Notes under the pieces: model-generated
What the model saw: the letters and a program-made list of their open reading frames with translations, nothing else
The model's database searches: none
Told to the model about the DNA's origin: nothing
Shown: piece by piece, positions 7,503-14,349 of the stretch
Layout of the letters: the number at the start of each line of letters is the position of its first letter
Numbering within the stretch: the stretch's first letter is position 1
Made by a program: the position numbers and the translations under genes
Assembly: GCA_035357435.1 (NCBI GenBank)
Contig: DAOPNM010000013.1
Coordinates: forward strand, 1-14,349
From: an archaeon
GTDB lineage: Archaea; Iainarchaeota; Iainarchaeia; Iainarchaeales; CSSED10-239
Direction of reading: 5' to 3'
DNA length: 14,349 nucleotides

Positions 7503-7576
7503 TTTTTTTCTTTTTTTAAATCTAAATCTATTTAAATATAATTGTTATTATATCTTTATATTTATAAGTGATATAA
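7503..7576. promoter_or_regulatory. Divergent promoter spacer between the TraB-family gene (-) and the surface-protein gene (+), with one central quasi-palindromic TATA element
   Basis: The spacer is 74 nt. TTTAAATATAATT at 7531-7543 lies 34-46 nt upstream of ATG 7577 and ~28-38 nt upstream of the - strand ATG at 7502. The same 13-mer also occurs at 4978-4990 upstream of the 163-aa gene. A tandem AAATCT AAATCT lies at 7518-7529. Confidence 0.35.
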
Positions 7577-10500
7577 ATGAATAATGTTACTAAAATAATT
7601 TATTGTTTTCTATTTTTCATTTTATTAAATATTCCAATTTATGCAACAACAATTACAACTATAACAATTGATAAAAATTATACAAACAACACTAGTTCTT
7701 CACAGATATATACAGTTTCTGGAACAGTAACTGATCCTAGTGGTCCCCTAGTTCCATTAAAAATTTATTCTGATAAACAAACTGATCCTTTAGATTTTAA
7801 TGGTTATGTTTCAGATGCTAACACATTTTTAGCATATTTTTATTTAGATATAAATTCTTCTGAAAGCTCATATGTTAGTGGAAGACCAAAAATTATAATA
7901 AATTCATTTGATGAAGTTGTTGTGTATGATGCTGAAAATGAAGCTATGCAAGACACATTAATTGTAGACACTCTCCCTCCAAATATTGGGCATTTTGAAA
8001 ATCCTTTTGATATGTTTTATTCTCAATCAATAACTGTTTCTTTTTCTCCGGAAACTGATGATGAAACATTTATTGATAAATATATAGTTTATGTTGTCCC
8101 AATTTCAAAATTAAATTCATATTCTACAAATTATAGTAAAAAATTTGTAAGTGATAACAATACAACAGATGAAATGACATTAAATCTCTCTTCAATTTCT
8201 GATGGTAATTATTATGTATTATTAGATGCAAATGATATTGCAGGAAATTATGGGTCATCCCAAGAAGTAATTGATACAAATAAACCAATATATATTGATC
8301 ACACACAACCAATAATTAATTATTTTAATTTAAGTGAAAATCATTTGGTAACAAATGGTACCACATGTTATACAAACCAAACAACATTTGATATAAGTGT
8401 TTCTGTAACAGATAGTGCCCCAGGTATGTCTTGCACTTCTTTTGCAATAATGAAAATAAATACAACACAAATTCCGTATACTGATTGTAATTCTTTATTA
8501 ATGGCATTTAATTTTCCTGTTTCAAATGCATCTAATGGAAGTGATTTTAATGTTTCTTTTGTAGATGTAAATGATATTGTTGATAATAATTTATCTACAA
8601 CTTTTAAAATAATTGTAGACACAAATGCACCTCCAAATCCTAATATTCATACACTCACAAGAACTAAAGATGAAAATATAACAATAACATGGGATATGCC
8701 TTCTGGTGAACCTCATTTTGATTATTATAAAGTATATAGATCTCAAACTGATTTTAATTCAATTTCTTCAAATCAAACATTAGTTTGTACACAATCAACA
8801 TCCACCACTTGTAATGATTCTTCAGAAAAACTTCCAAATACAACATATTGGTATGGAGTTATTGCATATGATAAAGCAAAAAATTATAGTGATCTTTCAA
8901 AAATTAATCCTACTACAAATAAATATTATTCAAAAACAACAATAAAAACAGGACCTAAAATTGAAATTTCTATTGCGGATGGAAATAACTATACAAATAG
9001 TGCAACACCAAAATTAGAAATAACATGTTCCTCAAATGTTGATAGAATTTGGTTAAGTTGTAATGGTGTAACTTTTGATGCAGGATATTCTGTAGATGAT
9101 ACAGAATTTACAATAAATTCATTTAATTTTACAACTTTAAATTATGGTTGCCATGGAACTGTAAATGAAGAAAAAGCAATTTATGTTAAAGCAAGAGATA
9201 AAGACAATGTTTCTTTAGAAAGTGTTGCCTTTGATACAATAATTTTTGATAATTTCCCACCATCAATTCCAACTAATCTTAAAGCAATATCTCAATCAAA
9301 TGGTTCTATTAAATTAACATGGAATGATTCAGGTGATAATTCTTCTGGTTTAGATTATTATAAAATATATTATTCAACAACAAATAATGTTTCTAAAAGT
9401 TCATCATTTATTACATCTTCTTCAGAATCTTATGTTTTTACATCAGAGGTTGATTCAAATTATTTTTTTGGAATATCTGCTATTGACAAGGCAGGAAATG
9501 AATCTCCATTAAGTTCTATTGTTTCTGGTAAAACAAAGTTTTTAGGTCCAAAGTTTGTTTTAGATGAAAATCAATTTGTTAAAATAAATGGTGTTTTATT
9601 TTTAAAGAAAGGAACAAAAAGTTTCCTGATTACAAGTGATTTAGGGTTATTAAATGCCAAAGTTAAATTAAAAATGAATAATAGTGCATTTCAAGAGGTG
9701 CCTATAACATTGTCTGATTCAACACATATTTTGTTTAAATATGATTTTAATAATTCTGCAGATGTTAATTTATTGATAGAAGGTACAAGTACATATAATA
9801 TAAAAAACACACAATATTTTTTCTTTAAAATTGATGCAGATGCTCCACAGTTTGATATTACTCAAACACAAACAAATGGTGTTTTTAGTTTTAATATTAC
9901 ATCTTCTGCTACAGATATAAATAAAGTTGAATATAAAATAAATAATTTAATTGTTTGTACAAAGCAACCTCCTATTTTTGTTTGTGATTTTAATTCTTTT
10001 TCATATCCTGATGGAAATTATAATTTAGATGTTTTTGTTTATGATAATGTATTGAATTTAGCCCAGAAAACAATATCTTTTTCTATTGATAATATAAATG
10101 AAGATAAAGTGAGAGTTGATGTTATAATTTCCAAAATTGCACCATCTATAAATTCTTTAGCTTCAAATATTGTAACTTTAAATGATTGGTTAATTGAATT
10201 TTCTCCTTCTTTTTTAACAGACTATAATCGTTTATATGACACTTTAACAAAAGCAAATCAAGAATATTTACAAGGACATTATTTGAAAGCACAAGAATAT
10301 TATACTCAAACAGATATAATGTTAAAAGATATTTTTAATAAATTACCAAGTTACTCAATTTTACAAACAAAATCTATAGATTATGTTTATGATTCTTCTA
10401 AGATTTATGGTTTAAATAATTATACAAAAGATGGGAATGTTTTAAGAGATACAGGTGCATTATATACAAATAGACAATTAAGGATTTCTAGAGAGTTCAT

Positions 10501-10963
10501 TATCCAAGAAGTTGATTCAGTTAAATATTATGTAATGTCATTAAAGGTAATTAATGATTCAAATTCTAATTTAAAGTTAACTATTATTGATAGACTACCA
10601 AAAGATTTTGCAGAATCAACAGATTTAATGTTATTTAATTTGCCTGTTGAAATATTGCAAACAGACCCTGTTTTTAAATATGTAGTGACTGCCCCTGCAA
10701 ATGGATATGTTGTTATAAGATATAAAAATAGTGAAGAGATTACATCATTTGATATGATGACAATGTTTGATAGAATTGAATTTGATGAACCAATTGTTTT
10801 AGTTGGAGATGTATCTATAGATAAACTTAATATTAATGGGGTATTGTCTGATAATTTAATAACAAAATATTTAGTTTATGAAATTGTTTTTTTAATTATT
10901 TTGTTTGTGCTAATATATTTTTTAATTATGCAACATAAAAAGAAAGTTAAAAATAAAATGTAA
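7577..10963 (+). CDS. Large secreted, C-terminally membrane-anchored modular cell-surface (S-layer/adhesin-like) protein, 1128 aa, with two FN3 modules and several further beta-sandwich-like modules
   Basis: N-terminal signal peptide MNNVTKIIYCFLFFILLNIPIYA/TT (7577-7645). C-terminal TM helix plus basic tail LVYEIVFLIILFVLIYFLIMQHKKKVKNKM (TM about 10868-10930). Two FN3-like modules are present. Recurrent module-boundary motifs are VDTLPPN, IDHTQPI, VDTNAPP, FDNFPPS and IDADAPQ. Motifs of the D-x-AGN / DKAKN type precede the boundaries. About thirty N-x-S/T sequons, counted by eye. Confidence 0.85.
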   Translation: MNNVTKIIYCFLFFILLNIPIYATTITTITIDKNYTNNTSSSQIYTVSGTVTDPSGPLVPLKIYSDKQTDPLDFNGYVSDANTFLAYFYLDINSSESSYVSGRPKIIINSFDEVVVYDAENEAMQDTLIVDTLPPNIGHFENPFDMFYSQSITVSFSPETDDETFIDKYIVYVVPISKLNSYSTNYSKKFVSDNNTTDEMTLNLSSISDGNYYVLLDANDIAGNYGSSQEVIDTNKPIYIDHTQPIINYFNLSENHLVTNGTTCYTNQTTFDISVSVTDSAPGMSCTSFAIMKINTTQIPYTDCNSLLMAFNFPVSNASNGSDFNVSFVDVNDIVDNNLSTTFKIIVDTNAPPNPNIHTLTRTKDENITITWDMPSGEPHFDYYKVYRSQTDFNSISSNQTLVCTQSTSTTCNDSSEKLPNTTYWYGVIAYDKAKNYSDLSKINPTTNKYYSKTTIKTGPKIEISIADGNNYTNSATPKLEITCSSNVDRIWLSCNGVTFDAGYSVDDTEFTINSFNFTTLNYGCHGTVNEEKAIYVKARDKDNVSLESVAFDTIIFDNFPPSIPTNLKAISQSNGSIKLTWNDSGDNSSGLDYYKIYYSTTNNVSKSSSFITSSSESYVFTSEVDSNYFFGISAIDKAGNESPLSSIVSGKTKFLGPKFVLDENQFVKINGVLFLKKGTKSFLITSDLGLLNAKVKLKMNNSAFQEVPITLSDSTHILFKYDFNNSADVNLLIEGTSTYNIKNTQYFFFKIDADAPQFDITQTQTNGVFSFNITSSATDINKVEYKINNLIVCTKQPPIFVCDFNSFSYPDGNYNLDVFVYDNVLNLAQKTISFSIDNINEDKVRVDVIISKIAPSINSLASNIVTLNDWLIEFSPSFLTDYNRLYDTLTKANQEYLQGHYLKAQEYYTQTDIMLKDIFNKLPSYSILQTKSIDYVYDSSKIYGLNNYTKDGNVLRDTGALYTNRQLRISREFIIQEVDSVKYYVMSLKVINDSNSNLKLTIIDRLPKDFAESTDLMLFNLPVEILQTDPVFKYVVTAPANGYVVIRYKNSEEITSFDMMTMFDRIEFDEPIVLVGDVSIDKLNINGVLSDNLITKYLVYEIVFLIILFVLIYFLIMQHKKKVKNKM
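8627..8911 (+). other. FN3-like module 1 of the surface protein (aa ~351-445)
   Basis: APPNPNIHTLTRTKDENITITWDMPSGEPHFDYYKVYRSQ...TYWYGVIAYDKAKNYS. It has the canonical FN3 landmarks: P-P lead-in, ITW tryptophan, YY-K-VYR tyrosine corner region and Y-Y-x-V-x-A-x-D. Confidence 0.7.
9254..9532 (+). other. FN3-like module 2 of the surface protein (aa ~560-652)
   Basis: FPPSIPTNLKAISQSNGSIKLTWNDSGDNSSGLDYYKIYYS...NYFFGISAIDKAGNESP is a paralogous copy of module 1. The shared DNA string gattattataaa(g/a)tatat shows the internal duplication. Confidence 0.7.
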
Positions 10964-10987
10964 TTATTTTTTAGAGAATGACTAAAT

Positions 10988-12172
10988 ATGATTGAAGGTC
11001 TAGAAACAAGAATTGTTGTTGTAGGTGGCGGCCCTGCAGGTTTATATTCTGCATATTTAATTAAACAATCTAATCCTGAGGTTTCTGTTATTGTTTTAGA
11101 AATGAAAAATGAAATTGGGAAAAGTTGTTGTACTGGTTTAATAAGTATTTCTGGTTTTGAGAAAACAAAATTGAATAGATATATTATATTAGGAGATAGT
11201 GTAGTTAATAAAGTCCAAGGTGCAGAAATATTTGGCCCTTACAAGGCCTTTTTAAGAATAAGATCTAAAAAAAACCAGGCATATGTTTTAAATAGAAGAA
11301 AATTTGATCAAAAAATCAGAGATTTAGCTTTAAGTGCTGGTGTGGATATTTTGTATAATTCACAAGTAATAAATGTTTCTGAAAACAAAGTGTATTACAT
11401 GGATTTAAAAACAAATCAATCTTATGAGATGAGTTATACTTTTTTAATTGGTGCAGATGGTGCAAATTCTGTTGTTAGAAATTATTTTTTACAAGATAAA
11501 GAGTATCAAAAAGAGTTTATACATGCCTATCAAGTTGTGGTAGAAGGTGATTTTGAAAAAGAGATGGTTCAAGTATATTTAGGGGATTTTGCAAAAGGTT
11601 TGTTTGGATGGGTTGTTCCAGAATCTTCTACACAAGCAAAGATAGGAATTGGTGTGAATTTAGGTAAAAATCCACAAGAGGCATTTACTTTGTTTTTGGA
11701 AAAATTTAATATTAAGTTTATAAAAAGAATAAGTGAAGCAAGTGGAATTATTCCAATTCATGCACCTTTAGATAATTTTGTAAAAGACAATGTTTTACTT
11801 GTTGGAGATGCTGGTTTTTTTGTAAAAGCAACAACAGGTGGTGGAATTAATTTTGGATTAATTTCTGCAAATCTTGCTGCAGATGCTATAAATAATAGAA
11901 TTAAAAAATTTAAACCACTTTTAGAGTATAATAAGTCTTTAAAAAAATATTTGAATGAATTAAATATTCATTATAAATTACATAATTATCTTTTATCAAA
12001 AACAAATACAGAATTAGATGAATTATTAATAAAACTAAAGCAATTAAATGTAGAAAAATTTTTAGAAAAAAAAGGTAATATGGATTTTCCAAGTGAGTTT
12101 ATGTATCTTTTTTTACTTAAACCTAAAATGTTTTCTTTATTTCCTGAGTTTATGAAGTTTAGGAAGTTTTGA
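10988..12172 (+). CDS. Geranylgeranyl reductase family FAD-dependent oxidoreductase (archaeal lipid/isoprenoid saturation)
   Basis: The 394-aa ORF has an N-terminal Rossmann dinucleotide motif RIVVVGGGPAGLYSAY, then LIGADGANSVVR and LVGDAGFFVKATTGGGI, the GGR-family triad of motifs. It starts 24 nt after the surface-protein stop. T6 (12173-12178) directly follows its TGA. Confidence 0.85.
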   Translation: MIEGLETRIVVVGGGPAGLYSAYLIKQSNPEVSVIVLEMKNEIGKSCCTGLISISGFEKTKLNRYIILGDSVVNKVQGAEIFGPYKAFLRIRSKKNQAYVLNRRKFDQKIRDLALSAGVDILYNSQVINVSENKVYYMDLKTNQSYEMSYTFLIGADGANSVVRNYFLQDKEYQKEFIHAYQVVVEGDFEKEMVQVYLGDFAKGLFGWVVPESSTQAKIGIGVNLGKNPQEAFTLFLEKFNIKFIKRISEASGIIPIHAPLDNFVKDNVLLVGDAGFFVKATTGGGINFGLISANLAADAINNRIKKFKPLLEYNKSLKKYLNELNIHYKLHNYLLSKTNTELDELLIKLKQLNVEKFLEKKGNMDFPSEFMYLFLLKPKMFSLFPEFMKFRKF

Positions 12173-12397
12173 TTTTTTATATTATAAAAATGTTGTCAAT
12201 TCCTTGATATTGATTTTGAATGATTTATGGATGTTTTCTGTATTTTATGTATGTAGTATTGAGGTGTTGTTTTGATTTAAATGAATTATATTTTATGGTA
12301 TTAATGGAATTAGATATATTTTTTTAAAAATTAAAATTGAAGTTAACAAAACCATAAAAAAGAAATATTTAAAAATAGTAATATACATAATGTGTTT

Positions 12398-14349
12398 ATG
12401 GGATCAACAAAATATATTTTTAATAAAATATTATTAAGTATAATAATGTTTACTTTTTTAATTACACCAATAACTGCTTCGAGTGTGTCTTTAATTTCTT
12501 CAGAAGCAAATACTATTGGTGATTTGTCTATAGATTCATCTATAGATCCATATCTTGATAATTTTTACAGAACTCAAGATATGATCTTCCCACCAGAAGA
12601 TGTAATGCAGGCATATAGAGAGAAATTAGAAAGTGGAGAAATTTCCATTATCCCACAAAACAAAATAGCAAGTGAAAAGATTCAAAGGAGTTTAAGAGAA
12701 CTATTATTAGATGAAAAAACAACTTCAACAGATCCTGATGTTATTTATTTAAAAAATAATTGGCAGAGATTATTTCAAGAAAATCCTGGTTTAAATGAAA
12801 CATTAGAAAATGCCTTAAAAACAAATACATTTGCTTCAACAATTGTACAGAATGTGTGGGGTACTGCTCCATTAGTTGGCCAATATCATATCCCTGTATT
12901 TCTTGTAGATTTTTCAGATAATTTACATGATGATATAAATCACCCTCCTTCTATTTATTATGATCAATATAATTCTCCTAATTATTTAGATGATTTAGAT
13001 ATAAATGCTATAAGTGTAAAAGACTATATTGCACATGAATCCTATGGTATGTTAGATGTTACTTTTGATATTTATGGTTGGAAGACATTACCAAAATTGT
13101 ATAGTCAGTATCTTATAGATAATAATTTTATATATTTAGATAAAGATACACTTACTGCTTTTGATCCAGAAATAGATTTTTCACAATACGACCATGATAA
13201 TGATGGGAGAATAGATGGGTTTGTAGTTATCTTTGCAGGCACCTGTGGGTTATCAAATACATTGCCTTGTGCAACAATTATTAATAAAGTGTATGAGAAT
13301 ATTTTTGTTGATGGTAAAAAAATAGGTGATGGTGTAATTATTGGGGAGGAATATCCTTACGCTAGTTGTCAAAATTTAATAGCACAGGGCTACAATTACC
13401 CCCCTGATTGTAGAATATCTACTCTTGTGTGTACTCATGAATTTATGCATGTTTTAGGCATGTATGATTTATATCAAGTATATCCTTATAGTACATATGG
13501 AATACCAAATTTAAGTATGATGACTCAATATATTGCCAGGCCAATGAAACCTATAAATTTAGGTGCTTGGCCTAGTTTCTTTTTAGGTTGGGCCCAAGGT
13601 ATAACGGTATTGGATCAAGAAGTTGTAGATATAAATTCTATAGATTCATCTCCAATAACTTATATTGTACAAGATCCTGACAAAATGGATTCAAATGAAT
13701 TTTTTATGGTGTCTAATAGGTATATAGGAGGGAATTCATTAGATAGAGATATGTTTGGATGGAATAGTGGATGGAATTATTCTTCTGATAATATTTATGG
13801 TGGATTAGAGATATATCATATAGATGAAAACTATATTTTTTGGAATGCAAAAAATTTGATGTATGATCCTGATGGTAACTATTATGATGACACTGGTGGT
13901 CATTCAGGAATTGTTTTTGAGCAAAATAAATATGATGCATATACCTCTCCATTTACATATGCTGATTTTTATTCATATGTTCCAAGTAAACCAGAAAATG
14001 AAACTTTTGATTATGTTCCTAAATATTATAATTATGCCACAAGAGATTTAACATCTAAATCTTATAATGGTTTACAAGACACCAATGTAATGGTTTCAGC
14101 ACAATCTGTTTCAGGTCCAGTAATTACAACCTATTTACAAAGCACAGCTCCAGATCCAATAATTATGGAGTTAGTAAGTCCTATATCTTCTAGCCAATAT
14201 TCTTTATCAGATCCAATCTCATTTATAGTTTGGGTTGATCAGTCAACTATATTTGCTCCTGAACCAAAGTGTGTTTGGGCATATAATACTACAACCATAA
14301 GTACAGATTGTAATTTTACAAATACTCCTCAAGCTCTTAATCTTCCAGT
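12398..14349 (+). CDS. Secreted M6-family (immune inhibitor A / InhA-like) zinc metalloprotease; N-terminal 650 codons, with the 3' end running off the right window edge
   Basis: It is absent from the ORF track because it is open at the edge, so I translated it by hand from ATG 12398: MGSTKYIFNKILLSIIMFTFLITPITASS (signal peptide)...GQYHIPVFLVDFSD...FSQYDHDNDGRIDGFVVIFAG...LVCTHEFMHVLGMYDLYQ... HEFMH is encoded at 13436-13450. The pattern HExxHxLGxxDxY, together with the upstream D-x-D-G-x-ID-x-xVxxAG block, fits the M6 peptidase domain. A TATA-like tttaaaaata lies at 12368-12377. Confidence 0.8.
   Translation, partial: MGSTKYIFNKILLSIIMFTFLITPITASSVSLISSEANTIGDLSIDSSIDPYLDNFYRTQDMIFPPEDVMQAYREKLESGEISIIPQNKIASEKIQRSLRELLLDEKTTSTDPDVIYLKNNWQRLFQENPGLNETLENALKTNTFASTIVQNVWGTAPLVGQYHIPVFLVDFSDNLHDDINHPPSIYYDQYNSPNYLDDLDINAISVKDYIAHESYGMLDVTFDIYGWKTLPKLYSQYLIDNNFIYLDKDTLTAFDPEIDFSQYDHDNDGRIDGFVVIFAGTCGLSNTLPCATIINKVYENIFVDGKKIGDGVIIGEEYPYASCQNLIAQGYNYPPDCRISTLVCTHEFMHVLGMYDLYQVYPYSTYGIPNLSMMTQYIARPMKPINLGAWPSFFLGWAQGITVLDQEVVDINSIDSSPITYIVQDPDKMDSNEFFMVSNRYIGGNSLDRDMFGWNSGWNYSSDNIYGGLEIYHIDENYIFWNAKNLMYDPDGNYYDDTGGHSGIVFEQNKYDAYTSPFTYADFYSYVPSKPENETFDYVPKYYNYATRDLTSKSYNGLQDTNVMVSAQSVSGPVITTYLQSTAPDPIIMELVSPISSSQYSLSDPISFIVWVDQSTIFAPEPKCVWAYNTTTISTDCNFTNTPQALNLP

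Noticed and set aside
8124-8622. Three short - strand ORFs (8124-8312, 8325-8507, 8368-8622) inside the surface-protein gene
   Set aside because: They overlap one another and the 1128-aa frame, their sequences are low-complexity, and they lack start context. They are antisense artefacts.
11910-12092. 60-aa - strand ORF inside the GGR gene
   Set aside because: It is an antisense shadow within a motif-supported CDS.
12220-12327. 35-codon ORF (MIYGCFLYFMYVVLRCCFDLNELYFMVLMELDIFF) in the 225-nt spacer upstream of the protease gene
   Set aside because: It has no ribosome-binding or promoter signal and no recognisable motif, so it is probably a chance ORF. The spacer otherwise shows only TGAT-rich low-complexity sequence.
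13713-14051. Track ORFs 13713-13952 (-) and 13863-14051 (+)
   Set aside because: Both lie inside, and out of frame with, the long open M6-protease frame that carries the HExxH site. Their H/Y/M-rich peptides are artefacts of the AT-rich sequence.
1-14349. Search for CRISPR repeats, transposase or integrase genes, toxin-antitoxin pairs, restriction-modification or other known defence genes, and stop-codon recoding
   Set aside because: No regularly spaced direct repeats were seen. No ORF carries recombinase, nuclease or methyltransferase motifs that I can recognise. Genes end in both TAA and TGA, so there is no evidence of an alternative genetic code.

Overview
This is a very AT-rich (not computed), compact and almost entirely coding window. 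The gatD-gatE pair and a geranylgeranyl reductase mark it as archaeal. The extreme AT bias, large secreted proteins and many orphan-like genes suggest a small-genome, DPANN-like archaeon, which is inference only. I support 10 protein genes. Two are open at the window edges and absent from the supplied ORF track, so I found them by hand translation. Gene order: TldD-like metallopeptidase (-, 1-899, partial); GtrA-like membrane protein (+); gatD and gatE (+, 16-nt gap, operon); an orphan 163-aa coiled-coil protein (+); a small alpha/beta hydrolase (+); TraB/GumN-family protein (-); a 1128-aa secreted, membrane-anchored, sequon-rich modular surface protein with two FN3 modules (+); geranylgeranyl reductase (+); and a secreted M6/InhA-like zinc metalloprotease (+, 12398 to the window end, partial). 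Stops are TAA and TGA, with no sign of recoding. I see no CRISPR array, rRNA, tRNA, transposase, integrase or recognisable defence system. Three things deserve a second look. First, the envelope cluster at 7577-14349 (giant surface protein, lipid reductase, secreted protease). Second, a locally GC-richer, helix-rich segment in the unusually long 339-nt convergent spacer (about 6592-6772), which has TATA-like and oligo-T flanks and is a candidate small structured RNA. Third, the loosely packed two-gene islet of unknown function at 4915-6770. All functional calls rest on motifs I recognise by eye; no searches were run.
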